Shown piece after piece: positions 38,247 to 51,500 of a stretch of 64,000 bases of DNA. Location of the stretch: assembly GCF_006345805.1 (NCBI RefSeq), contig NC_042998.1, positions 58,280,001 through 58,344,000 on the forward strand. The letters run 5' to 3'. The translations under genes and the position numbers were made by a program. Position 1 is the first letter of the stretch. Each line of letters starts with the position of its first letter. The DNA comes from Octopus sinensis (taxonomy: Eukaryota). Under the pieces are notes generated by a model. The model was not told the origin of the DNA. It was given only the letters and a program-made list of their open reading frames with translations, and did not search any database.

Positions 38247-38844
38247 TATGAGTAAATGTAAGTGTTAGTAATTGCAATGGTTCCTTCAAATCTTTCCACA
38301 ATACTTTTCCGGTATCTGATATATAGAAGTGAAACTCAACGTCAGAATCCAGGTGGAAGCTAACTTTTTTTCTTTGTGCTCCCATCTCTTTTCTGTGGTT
38401 TTTGATTGATGATTTGTTAGTAGTTGGAGTGTGTGTATATTGTGGATTTGTGATTGTGACATGAAATCTGAATTGCTAAAGTTGTAAACGCTGCTAATTA
38501 TTTCGCATCGTCTTTGATTTGTGGTTTATACTGGAAACAAATGTTTGCTAGGTTTTTTTCTGCTTTTCTATGTTATTTTCTTGTTTAACTTTTAATGTTG
38601 AGTTTTATTCCGGCTGTGTGACTTGATGATGTGCTGTGTTTGAGATTGCCATTATTTTTCGGGTTATCTATTTCAGTAGTGTAATCTGTGTTATATTTGT
38701 ATATTAACTTGCGGGGTATGATTTTTTTTAAGTGTCTCTTATTATTTCATTGGATCTATATACTGCTATCATACTAACAACCAGGCCATATCTGATGTTG
38801 AGAACCTACCAAAGCTCAAGATGAGCAAAGATCCCTGACAACGT

Positions 38845-39350
38845 ACTGAAACACATTTCGGTTGCGACCACTTGAAGATAAGATATACTGCAGTATCTGT
38901 GTTGAGAGGGGTTCAGTGACCTTTAATTCTTTCGCTTGGTAGAAACGGTTCCAATCAGTGTTTTTTGAAGTTTATAAAAATGCTATTATTTTGCTAATTT
39001 CATTGATATTGTTTCCATGTTGTAGATGTCCAGCTATAGCGTTCTATGAGGAATCTTTATTGTCCAACTAGCACTCTAGCTATAACTATCCTTTCTTATT
39101 TCCTTGTATATTACATTTAGGATAGTTAATTATTTGTAAGATAGTAGGGTATATCCGGCATAAAGAATAATCGTGTGGAGGTTTTCGCCTTGTATGCTGA
39201 ACATTCGTGAGTTATATTGGCATTATAAAGCACAAATCCTGAAGTTGTTTCGTCAGTTTACAGTACTGCGCTCAAGTGAATTGAGTTTGGTGAGTTATTC
39301 CCTTTATATCACGGATGATTCTGCTTATAAAGCACCCAGAAATTGGAAAT
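38845..39350 (-). mobile_element. Possible decayed Penelope-like element 3' end with a relic hammerhead
   Basis: Weak GIY-YIG-like remnants (LNVIYK, NAIAGHL). At 38849-38878 the minus strand reads TTCAAGT-GGT(CGCA)ACC-GAAA-TGTG-TT, consistent with CpG-decayed GAAACGCGTT. Confidence 0.4.
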
Positions 39351-40371
39351 GGTAAATAAATAGATAAATAATGGCTTCTGTTTCATTAGATAAAAACGTT
39401 TAATAATTTAGGAGATTGCAAAAATAGAGTGTAACATTCGTAACTTTCCCAAATGTATTACCAATGAAAGTGAATAGTTTCATCGAGGAATGAAAATAGC
39501 ACAACCGTATCAGCTCATAGGAAATTTGATAAATATGGATGAGTTCGTGTGCCGTGAAGAGACAAGAATAATGCGGAGCCAAGCCCTTTGTCAAAGATAG
39601 AAAATGTATTTTTAATGGGTTTATAAGTTTACAGAACAAGCGATAAAAAGCAGATAAGAAGAAAAGATAAGAGAAACGTGCATTTACTAGATGATAAATA
39701 TGTTAATAAGAGTGTGTTAGCGGCCCGGGTGGCGGAGCAGAATGAATATGGGAGGATGTGACGATAGTGAGGTAAACAGCAGCTAAAACCAATCATATAA
39801 TTGCATCTTTTGCTCCTCGACGCAGTAAGTATGAAGAGTCCTGTTATCGATGATGATTTACTAATCTGTGATCACGGAAACGAAACAGTTGTCACTTCTC
39901 ATTCAATAAAGTTATTGAAATATTTTCAATGTAATAATATTTGACAGACTGGTCAAATAATATTTTAGACATATTGAGTTTTTGACAATGTCAATATCAC
40001 ACACAGTCAGGCAGTTAGAAAATTCTTACACATTTCATGTTTGTTCATTGTTTTGTGATGTTCTCCCGTTTTAAGTACATGAACAAATTTTGCAGCAGGT
40101 GGAAGCTGTCACTAGAATCGACATTGTGCATAACTAATGTTTAAATTCTGTAACGTTGGTTTGGAAGAAAGTGCTAAATAGGATTTGAACTGCAAAGCAA
40201 AATAAACGAGCACACGAACAAATGAATAAAATCAAACATTATATACAGATTCACGTCTCGATATTCTCTCCTTACGCTTCGTCAGAAAAGCTGAAATCTT
40301 TGATATATGAATAGAGATAGTATTTACAGTTGCTCTTGGTTATGAATTCAACTGTAGATTTGAAACGTTCA

Positions 40372-40728
40372 AACTACTACTACTACTACTACTACAACTA
40401 CTACTACTACTACTACTACTACCATCACTACTGCTGCTACTACTACTACTACTACCAACATCACTACTGCTGCTATTACTACTACTACTACTACAACTAC
40501 TACTACTGCTGCTGCTACTGCTGCTACTTCTACTTCTACCACCATCATTACTATGACTGTTATCACTTCCGTTAACATTACTACTACTACCATCACTAAT
40601 ACTACTATCATTACAATGACGACTACTACCACCATCACTACTACAACTGCTACTTTTACTGCTGCTACTGCTATCATTATTATGAGGACTACTAGCACCA
40701 CCATCACTACTACTACTACTACTAACAG
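40372..40728. repeat. Cryptic (TAC)n/(TGC)n/(CAT)n trinucleotide array
   Basis: Directly visible. It explains the poly-Y/S/V/T ORFs. Confidence 0.95.
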
Positions 40729-41092
40729 GTGGTAGGTAGCAGAATGCAACAACAACTAACAAAATGCCCTACCTTGCGATATTTAGTTACGTCACTTTAC
40801 GTATCAAGTTTCAAAACCTTCGGGGTTGACTTTCTTTTTCACCATACACACACACATAAACACACACACATGTATATATGCACGACGGGCTTCCACACAG
40901 TTTCCATCTAACAAATTCGCTCACACGGTATTGGTTGGTCCGGGGCTATAGTTGAAGGTACTTACCTAAGGTGCCCCACAGTGGGACTGAACCGAAGCCA
41001 CGAGGTTGCAAAATGAGCTTCTTACCTATATATTTTCGAACTCAGCTATACCTACACCTATTTTTATTACGAATACTACCACTACTATTAAT

Positions 41093-42110
41093 GTTAATGT
41101 TGGTTTGAGATTTTGGCACAAGGCCAGAAATTTGGGGCGAAGGGATAAGTCAATTACATCGACCCCAGTGCTCAACTGGTACTTATTTTATCGAACTCAA
41201 AAGGATGAAAGGTAAAGTCGACCTCGGCAGAATTTGAACTGAAAACCTGGACGTTTTGCCCGGCATGCTACGATTCTGCCAGCTCGCCGCCTTTCTACTA
41301 TAGGCACAAGGCCAGCAATTTTGGGGGAGTGGGGATAGGCTTGGCTGATACATATTTCATCGACGCCGAAAAGATAAAAGGTAAAGTCGACCTCGGTGGA
41401 ATTTTAAATGAGAACAATGACGGACTAAATGCCGCTAAGCATTCAGCCCGGTATGCCAATTATTCTTATTTCTTTACTGCACACAAGGGGCTAAACATAA
41501 AGGGGACAAACAAGGACAGACAAACGGATTAAGTCGATTATATCGACCCCAGTGCATAACTTTTAGTTATTTAATCGACCTCGAAAGGATGAAAGGCAAA
41601 GTTGACCTCGGCGGAATTTCAACTCAGAACGTAGCAGCAGACGAAATACCTATTTCTTTACTACCCACAGGAGGCTAAACACAGAGAAGTCAAACAAGGA
41701 CAGATAAACGAATTAAGTCGATTATATCGACCCCAGTGCATAACTGGTACTTATTTAATCGACCCCGAAAGGATGAAAGGCAAAGTCGACCTCGGCGGAA
41801 TTTGAACTCAGAACGTAGCTGCAGACGAAATACCGCAAAGCATTTTCCCCGGTGTACTAACGATTCTGTCAGCTTGCTGCTTTCAGTGGTCTAATGATAA
41901 TAATTCTAATTTTTGCCACAAGGTCTGCTATTTTGTGTGAAGGGGAAGTCACTTACATCGACCCATGTACTCAACTGACACTTAGTTTTAACGACCTCGA
42001 AAGGATGAAAGACAAAATGGACGTCAGCGGCGTTTGTACTCATAACGTAGAAGAGTCGAAAAAATTCAGTTAATCATTTTGCTCTGCGGTCTAACGATTC
42101 TGTCAATCCA
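41093..42110 (-). mobile_element. Tandem cluster of about 5 family A SINE units
   Basis: The repeated AAAGGATGAAAGGCAAAGTCGACCTCGG body recurs near 41205, 41380, 41590, 41770 and 42005. Junctions at about 41460 and 41643-41656. Confidence 0.88.
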
Positions 42111-42138
42111 CATCCTACTTATATAAACAATAGCAGTT

Positions 42139-42378
42139 AAGGCGGCGAGCTGACAGAAACGTTAGCACGCCAGGCGAAATGCTTAGTGGTACTTCACCCG
42201 CCGCTACGTTCTGAGTTCAAATTCCGCCGAGGCCGACTTTGCCTTTCATCCGTTCGGGGTTCGATTAAATAAGTACCAGTTACCCACTGGGGTCGATATT
42301 ATCGTCTTAATCCCTTTATCTGTCCTTGTTTGTCCCCTCTGTGTGTAGCCCCTTGTAGGCAGTAAAGAAATAAGAAAT
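42139..42378 (+). mobile_element. Family A SINE, complete long-tail monomer ending in (AAGAAAT)2
   Basis: AAGGCGGCGAGCTGACAGAAACGTTAGC...CCCCTTGTAGGCAGTAAAGAAATAAGAAATAA. Confidence 0.9.
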
Positions 42379-44454
42379 AATAGCAGTTTCAAATTTTAGC
42401 AAAGTGCCAGCAGTTCTAGGGGTCAGAAGTTAGTCAATAACATCGATCCCAGTACTTGACCGGTACTTATCGACCCCGAAATGATGAAAAGCCGACCTCG
42501 GTGGAATCAGTTGAGTGAAATAGTTATAGTAATGATAATAATTTAGCAGGAAGGTCACACAGATGCATCAATATAAAATTATTTGGTGCTTAAAACCCAT
42601 ATAATATGCCATTGACAGGCTAAAGTATGAAATAATATAATACCAATGTATGAAAACGTTTAAATATATTTTCTCTTTCTTGTTTCTTTTCTTTCCTTCC
42701 TGTCGTTATATTATCGTGTTTTACAGAATTTCTATTTTAAAAAAAGGGCTTTACACAGGTATTATTGAAATCACGTGACATTAATTTTTATTGAGTCGTT
42801 GATTTGCCAACGCTGACCGAAATATATCAATAATTTGGATATTAGAGATGGTAAAAGTTAATGGTTCCATCAAGAATTGAAACAATTCTAGACTACTTGT
42901 GGTGACTAGTATTTTTATATTCAACTTGCCCTTTATTAATCTTCCAAAATACGTTAACCTGTCCTCATATATCCATCTATCGACATACTTACATAACTAC
43001 TTATCAATCCTTTCGCTTTCTCAGTATTTTTCTTTTATTCTTAAGGTATTTTCGAATACTTAGAAATTAGCATATTTTGTACAGAACTTTAAAAAAACAT
43101 GATTCTTTACCGAAAGTTCTATATTGTCCTCTATCATTTTAGTTGATCTTGATTAATTTCAGATCTGGAACTAAACTCCAAAAGTTGGAACAAGGATCTA
43201 ATTGACGTGATTAAAAATAGCGTATATCTTCGTTTTCGTCAAGCTGTCTTGCATTGAGAAGATAACTAGTGAAAAATTTCTTTGCGATCTCCAAAATAAA
43301 AAAAACAAAAGCACGAAAAGCAATGTTATTCTATGAACCATGAAAAGATATAAAAGCCGAACGAGAGATCGGGAAAAAAATATCGAATTAAACCGTTCGG
43401 ATGACGTTAAAAATTTTGATATTTGTCTGTCTTATGGCGTCACATCATTTCTATAATGCAGCTTATAACAAAGTAGTAAAAACTTCAGCACAGAAGAGAA
43501 GACAAACAGAAGCAGAGGAAGAGAGGGGGGAGCACAGAAAGAGAGAGATCTTAGTGAAGAGATATCAGACTAACTACACCTTGAATATCTGTTAAAGCAG
43601 TATATGTATGCTAAATCAGCTTGGTCGATCAGACTTTTGATCAGAGGCGTTCCAACCGCAGCTACATCCTTTCGTTGTATATCTAGAATTGCATTATGTA
43701 ATATTTTTACTTTTTTAAAGACGGTGAGATGTGATTCTAAGAATATTAGGCTCTTATTTCTCGCAATATAAACGACCGTCGTTGAGTTCACACGTTGTTT
43801 GTGTTCTCCGTGAAGTAGAAGACACGAGGAACAGTGTCCAGTTGTAGAAACCATTCCAGAGAAGATATTGGCATATATCACAGTCTTCGACTCACTGGGT
43901 TTTGTCGAATGATCTCATTCGAGCCAACATGGAAGCCAGAGTTAATTGATGATGATGGTGATCTGTTAAGTAAGAGAAAATAGAAGAGACAAGCTCCCAT
44001 CTTGCAGTATTTACTATATAGATTCAATTGTCAATGTCCAAGCCATTTTTATGCCGTTATTATCTTTGAGAGGGATTCATATCCTCTCCTCTAGAAGAAA
44101 ACGTTGTGTCTTTCTATTAAAGTATTAATATATAGAAAACTGAATCATTTATTATGCCCTTATTACGTTAGAAAATAGACTTTAATGACCGTAATACCAT
44201 TTTGTGAGATCTCTATCCGAATAAGTTCAAAACTTTCAGTCAAGAATCAAAAGAAAACCCGCCTCGATGCGGGCTCATATCAGTTACTGTTCTTCATATT
44301 ATATAATGGAATATGTAGCATATTGATACATTTTCATTATGCACAAAAGGCCTTTTGTTTCAGGAGAGGGAGAAATGGGAATATAAATTATATTTTTAAA
44401 AATTAGGGATATTTTTTAAGATATTTTTCTCCAAACTCGGAACTCATAAAGTTG

Positions 44455-45380
44455 ATTATTAGGTTTCTATGGCCTATAAGCGACCGGGATCACAAATTCC
44501 CCTTCAATGAGACTCCAGTCTACTGCAGTGATTAAGTAGACCAGCGATATTGAGGAGAAGAGACAAGTTGATCTCATTAACCTAGCACTTAAATGATACT
44601 TCGTTTTATTGGTCCCGTAGAGAGGAAAGGCAATAATTGATCTCAGCGAGATTTCAACTCAAACGTAAAGAGTCGGAAGAAACGCCGGCAACCATTTTGC
44701 CCGACGTGCTAACGATTCTGCCAGCTCACCATTTAGTACTGCTGATATCTCATATATAATAAAAAGCCTATACTGATTTTAATTGTCTTTGATAATAAAC
44801 TAAATTATCAGTAAGAACAATTCATAAATTCAGAAGATAGAAATATTGGTTTCAAATTTTGACACAATGCCAGCAATTTCAGGGTAGGGGTACGTCGTTT
44901 ACATCGACTTCAATGCTCAACTGGTATTCATGAATATGAAAATGAATAAAACGCCACTAAGCATTTTACCCGGCGTGCTAACGATTCTTTTCTACTTTAG
45001 GCACAAGGCCCGAAATTTTCTGGGAGTGGATCACTCGATTACATCACCCCAGTACACAACTGGTACCTAATTTATCGACCCCGAAAGGATAAATGGTAAA
45101 GTCGACCTCGACGGAATTTGAACTCAAAAGATAAAGACAGACGAAATACCTATTTCTTTACTATCCACAAGGGGCTCAACAAAGAGAGGACAAACAAGGA
45201 CAGACAAACGGATTAAGTCGATTATATCGACCCCAGTGCGTAACTGGTACTTATTTAATCGACCCCGAAAGGATGAAAGGCAAAGTCGACCTCGTCGGAA
45301 TTTGAACTCAGAACGTAGCTGCAGACGAAATACTGCTAAGCATTTCGCCCGGCGTGCTAACGCTTCTGCCAGCTCGCCAC
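44455..45380 (-). mobile_element. Family A SINE cluster: a multimer (44845-45380) and a diverged copy with a different tail (44455-44731)
   Basis: Heads at about 45378, 44985 and 44730. Junction at 45143-45156. Confidence 0.85.
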
Positions 45381-46397
45381 ATCAGAAGGTAGAATTATTC
45401 AACTCTATTCAATAAATGTTTACGTCTTACCAATAAATCAGAACAGTCGAGTCTAATATGAGACAGCAGCTTAATGAAAACTTTCGAGTTTGTATTAAAT
45501 CACAGCTGCTGTGATGTCCACTGTTCTAAGTGCTAGTCATTTTTCATAGTTACAATGAATAATAAAGTCTTAGATACACACATCAGGAAAAGGAAGGCAA
45601 GATAGTTACTGTTCGAATGTTTTGATCGTAGATCTGCTTGGTTAGTTTGATAAACAATAACAGCAAAACACTGATGATGACTGCGGTACACGTTTCAGAA
45701 TGTTAGCTTCATACATAACAAAACTATAAAGATTTGAACACAATGACAAAAGAAAAGTTGGATTCTTTTGCAAAGGTCCCAATTCAAACTTTGAAACTGT
45801 ATAATACAATCTTGATTCAATCAAAGGTATCTTTTGAAAAACAAAAACCGAAAGTGCTTAAAAGGTTAATAGTTATTCCACTTGTTAAAGGTCAATATTA
45901 ATGAAATATATTTATCTCCAGTACTTCTAGTAACTTGACCTTAATGAATTCACAGAATGCTTCATCGTTGAAGAGATAGACTGCAAAATTTTACATGTAC
46001 TTTCATGTTTCCAGCTTTATAAATATTATTGGTGCTCTGTAACTACTGTATTTATTTCTAAAACTGCAGAACAAAAGTATTTACGTTTGTTTTCTTGTTC
46101 TTTTCCACTGGTTGTAGTTAACTCTTTTATTAAACAAGGAGTAAGGTTGCTAACAGAATGCAATCGTAAGGAATACATAACTCGCGCACGATAAAAAAAA
46201 TAGAAGCTACGGTGTACTAAAACAAATAACTTATTCCCTCGGTCATAGGTCACCTTGTACATTTTTCCTTTAAAACAATTAATGTCCTGGCTAAGCACCA
46301 AACTTTAGCTAATTGGAATGGTATGACTTGTATATATGGGAATGTATACTCATGTGAGTGATACAAATAGTAAAAACAAAACATTTAGAAGTAGTCC

Positions 46398-46612
46398 CTA
46401 AGACGGCGAGCTGAGAGATTCATAAGCACGTCGGACAAAATGTTGTTTAGCAGCATTTCTTCTGGATCTTTAAGTTCTAAGTCCAAAGCTCATCAAACTC
46501 AACTTTGCCTTTCATCCTTTCGGGTTCGACGAAATAAGAGCCAGTCAAGTTTTGGGATCGATATAATCGACTTGCCCCCTTCAAATTGCTGGCCTTGACC
46601 CAAATTATAATT
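46398..46612 (+). mobile_element. Family A SINE, diverged
   Basis: GACGGCGAGCTGAG head and CTTTGCCTTTCATCCTTTCGGG body. Confidence 0.8.
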
Positions 46613-46920
46613 TGGTAATAGTCCCCTTTTAAGTAAGTCTGTATTATTAAGTTTCGTTTTAATCGCAATACTATGTTAGCACAGCATTGAAACAGAAACA
46701 TTACAGTGCTTGAACAGATAGTTTACAGAACTTATTTCAATTTCGTTCCTTTGCATTCTGATACAAATGTCACTTGGGATGACCTTCACCCTTCATATCT
46801 TTAGTGTTTATATAATTATCAGTGATTGTTGCTGTTTAATTCCATGTTACCCTTAATGAGCAGACTTATAATCAAAACCTTTCAAACTATGATCACCCGG
46901 TCATCTTTAAGAATATAGAG

Positions 46921-47273
46921 CAAGGGTTCTCAACCACTTTTTATCTATGGACCCCTTTGACAACTGTTTTATTCCGATGGACCCCCATAACCATTCGATG
47001 GTTAAAAACTAAGTTCATACATACTTCTTTCAAAATTCCTATCTTATTTTTCAGACATTGATTTGTGTAGGTTAAATTATGCAAAATGTTAGAGAAGGAA
47101 AAAAACTTGGATGTTTTTTGTAATACGTACCAGTACAGACATCTAGAGCAAAATTATTTGAGGGTCCCTTAAAATACTTTTTGTATGCCTAATTTGCTAT
47201 TTTATCGCGTGGACCTCGCCAAAATTTTATATGGAGCTTCAGGAGCCATACGGACCCAGGTTGAGAACATCTG
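46921..47273. mobile_element. hAT-type MITE, 353 bp
   Basis: TIRs CAAGGGTTCTCAACC / GGTTGAGAACATCTG. The 8-bp TSD is ATATAGAG (46913-46920) versus AAATAGAG (47274-47281), a 7/8 match. Confidence 0.88.
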
Positions 47274-48183
47274 AAATAGAGAGATAGTTGGGTTCCATTT
47301 CTAGCATATATGTTTTGTACGACATTTATGTAAATTGTAGCTGTGTAATGAAGGCTGGGTAATAACAATAAGGAAATATGAGTGGAATAGAATTTTTTTA
47401 AAAAGCTGTACAATATGATTTAATCTTCCCGTATTTCCGGAGCTAGACCACATAGTTTAAAGAAATAGAATATACACACTACATTATCCTTTATACACAT
47501 ATCTCTTCCATTGTCTTAATACTGTTTTGTGATTTTGCTGAAAGTTTGCTGTTATTTCTTGTCGATTGAGTGTCTATGAAGAGGATCCTTGTTTTTATGT
47601 TGAAACCATTTCAGTTCATTATATCAACGATACCTTTTTCGAAAGCATAAACTCGATAATGATAGGCATGCTTCATGTTTTCTTCTAAAATATAAAGCCT
47701 TTTTAGCTACAAATAATATATCAATATTTATTTTCTATTTTTATATCTATTATTTTAGAAAATTATTCGTACAAGCCAAAAGATAAACCTGATTTATCGA
47801 ACAATTCAAATCCCCTCTGTATTGTGAACAATATAGTAAATAATTCTGGTTGAAATTATCTTTAAAAAATTATTTGACATCTTTTTTTTTAATGTGTATT
47901 ATTCTTGCCAATTTTTCTTTACCAGACACCTGAAAAATAGGAAAACCAACACTTTTAAATGTTCATTATATTCTCATTTTATACAGCATGCAATGAGAAT
48001 ACATCCAAACGTTAAACAACGATTGTTGTTCATTGTAGTTTTAACTTATCTATTATTAGATTCAAACAACTTATCAAGAAATACAAGAAACCATATGTTT
48101 TTGTTAAGCACATTTGGATATTTCTTATCCATTCATTTACAGAATAGCTAACAACACGATATATTTCTGCTCTTTATCAATAA

Positions 48184-48516
48184 CTAGCAGTATCGCCCGG
48201 CGTTGCTCAGGTTTGTAAGGGAAATAACTATAAAGCATTTTTAGAGAGTTATAGCAAAAAAATGGAAAAAAATGATGGTAAATTATCCGGTTTGTGTTTC
48301 TGATTCTCGACCCCATGTCGAATTTATCGATTTTTTTCAGAACTGGGGGAACTTTTCAAAATTTTCGCTGCGTTAGTTTTGAATTATGACATTGGGCTAT
48401 GTGTGTGTCAAGTTTCATCAGAATCGGTTGAAAGCTGTGGTCAGGGTGAGGGTACAAGCAAACAGACACACAGAAACACGCACAGACAAACTGCCGTTTA
48501 TATATAGAGAGATAGA
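48184..48516 (-). mobile_element. Non-autonomous Helitron (family 2), second copy with an internal deletion
   Basis: Near-identical to 29816-30182 except that about 50 bp are replaced by ATCC near 48288. Its 5' end is ambiguous between 48508 and 48516. Confidence 0.88.
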
Positions 48517-51500
48517 TATTTTTTTCTTTCACAAGCAAAATGGCGACATGATCTTGTTTTCTTATAGATTTGTTTTTAGCTTTCTTTGGAAATTATGCGC
48601 TGTAACTCAAACAGAAAAAAATGCATCAAGAAAATTGTTGAGGTACAAGATGTTAATGAGAAAGAATTTCACATACAAACTCTAAGAATTTTTTTTTATC
48701 AAATAATCATCAACAATATGATAAAGAATTTTTTTAAAAAATTAACCAGAAAATCATGAAAACTTATGTTTTACATTTTTAATTTTAGCCGTGAACAAAA
48801 TGTCACATGTTCCGTTGTCACACACATACATACATTGTATGTATGTGCGTACGACCAGAGTGCTTGGAAACACTTATGCGAAATGTGTTCTAGCAAGCAA
48901 TCTTCTGCAGTCGACTCCCCAAGTCCTTCATCATCCACTAATTATTACATCTTTATCACTTCTCATTTTCTTTTTACTCGAATATTTTTACAGTTTACAT
49001 CAGCAAACTGTTCCTTAAACGACTACACTGAAATATATTTCTAAAAACAAACACGCATTTTGAATGTACAACACACACCGCAGGTAACTTTATCCACAAT
49101 TCTGATATTTAATATGCTTTTGATACATTTAGTCGGAAGGGGTAGCGGGGATGATTATGATTGGTACTGACATTCCGACAGCAGAAAATCGATGCAGTTA
49201 ATGTTCAGCTTTAATTTTTGTAAATATGTTTGTTTACTGGCAGTGAATTCCAGACAGTTTTAGATTGTTGTAGATATGGCGTAGTACAAAAATCTCTTTT
49301 GATATGTGTAGCATTTTTGTTTTAATGCTGCTGAAGGGTATTAGGTTGTCATATTACCATTTAGGGTAGCAGATTCCACATGAGATGCCATGTCGACTAC
49401 GCTATCTTTAGGATGTGTAAATAGGGATGTGTAAGAGCAGAAATATCAACGTGTACATGATATAAAAACAGAAGAAAACACTGAACTTTCAGGTAGCGAA
49501 GCTGATAGCTGTTACTCTGGGATACGTTTTTCGGCGTACTTTATAATGGAGTATTTGTTAAACATGAAGTTTTCGATCGAGAAATTGAAAAAAAGGTGGA
49601 ATACGTCATCAAGCAATAACTGAATCAGGAGGTTTTAAACCAGACACGGGCGACGGATTTGCTTTTTAAAATGCTAAAAATCTTTGCTTTAGCTGTAGCT
49701 TCCAGATACGAAAGTTCATTGATGCGTGTTGTAGGAGGAAAGTGTAAGCATCATTCGTTTTTTAAAGCTTATCTTAGAAGTTGGATGGCTTGGTTGATGG
49801 CAGGTTCAGAGAGGCTTGTTTCGAGGACAGTAGGGTTCAATGACAGAAAATTTGATGAATTTAATGATGGTAGAACAACTATGGCGTGGTGATAGTAACT
49901 GAAGGGACATCATTAGGACCTGTCATTGGATTTGAGTAATAAAAGCTATTTCACTTTGCCAATGTGTAAATAGAGCGATGAGGCAAGAGTAGAGGAGAAT
50001 AGATTGGAAGTAGTTTTGTTTTGTCTGTGTATAGTTTAAATTAAAGCAGCAGGAAATTAGTAAGAGTGTTAAAGAACCATCGTTGAGGCATAACAGCTAA
50101 AATAAATGGAAAATACATGTAAAATGTTGTAAATATATCAGTGACAAAATGAAATAACTGCAGTCGCACATGTGGCTTTAGTAGTTTATAAGTAGGATAT
50201 TAATATGTTTTATGAGACTAAACAGAAATAAACACTGTTACACTTGTATCAAATTAATATTTAGAATTTGCTTTGCCAAAATTAGTATACAGCTGGCTTT
50301 TATTGCTGATAGAAAATATAATTTTTTATAGGAAATATAATTGTTAGCAGTTGTTTTCTTATCGATTCAATTGTCCATTATAAATTCTATGTTCTTACAT
50401 AAAATGTCCATTTCGTCATGCAATTTATCAAATTTCTAAACTATTTTTAACAAGCAATTTTTTTCGTCAAAGTCACCAATATGACCACAGATAAGTACTG
50501 CATGCAATTATTTCTTCAGTTAAGTTTATCTTATTGCATGTTGGAGAATAATGGTAAAATTCCGTAAAACTGAGTCTGAGGTACGGATTCGATTTCTGTT
50601 TAGGTCGTTTGACTTCATTATCCATTAAGTGATTTTACTTTATCGATGTCAGCGATTTATATTTTGCCAGATGACTTGCTCTCGATACACTTCAAGAAGA
50701 CAAAGAAACGATACTTTCATTATATGATGATGACTTGTTTTGTTGCTACTTAACTCAAGATTAACCCTGATAAGCATTTCTTTCATGACCATCCCGTATT
50801 TAGAGGCATGTAAGAAAACATCATCCAATATACCATTCTTTGTTTAATACGGTTGCGTATCATTTGAGAGAAGTTTGGTTATTTCTGATAGCTCGATAAA
50901 CTGCGTAAACGCTCTCTCGTTGGACCACGACACTTTGTGATATTTTCAATTCCCTTCACTGAAGTTTAAAGTCATTTGTCAAATTTGAAAATTTCTGCCG
51001 AATGGTAAAGGCTGGAGTGATTGCACAGTTCTGTAATGATGAGACTTAAGATTAAAGCATAACTGTTCCTGTCATCAACAAAAATCAGATTTTTACTTTC
51101 AGTATGAACATTCAATTTTCTCTGAAACAATATTTTAAAAGTAATTCTTGAAATTATTTCCCTTTTCTTTGGTAGTAGCAAAGAATTACCTTTAAGTTTC
51201 TGTTCGTTCTTCCAAATAAAAAAAAACAGTTTTCAATTCATAACTAATTTTTAGTGTCCACCTACTCGTTGGCCCATTTTATTTCTCTTAGCTCACTTTC
51301 TGTAATTATGGTAACAAATCTTCGCAGCTCTTCTTACAAGTAAAAACCGCTGTCAGCTTACTGAAATAGGTTTGGTTAGACTATGCTCAACTGATTATGC
51401 CTAACGCCCAAAACCTGTCTGTAGTTTTCTCTTGGCACATACTAGCAAACATTTTTTCCCTACTGGGCAGGAAAATTAAATTTTTGATGGAATGAAATTT

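Noticed and set aside
40330-40762. Ser-, Thr-, Val- and Tyr-rich ORFs resembling mucin or cuticle proteins
   Set aside because: They come from a cryptic triplet array that is open in several frames on both strands, with no splice or start context.
41093-42110. Regularly spaced repeats that could suggest a CRISPR array (also 58122-58672)
   Set aside because: The units are whole SINE bodies of about 180 bp with no unique spacers, and the DNA is eukaryotic.
49560-49960. Possible coding remnant on the minus strand (..CLHFPPTTRINELSYLEATAKAKIFSILK..)
   Set aside because: It is interrupted by stops and has no recognisable motif.
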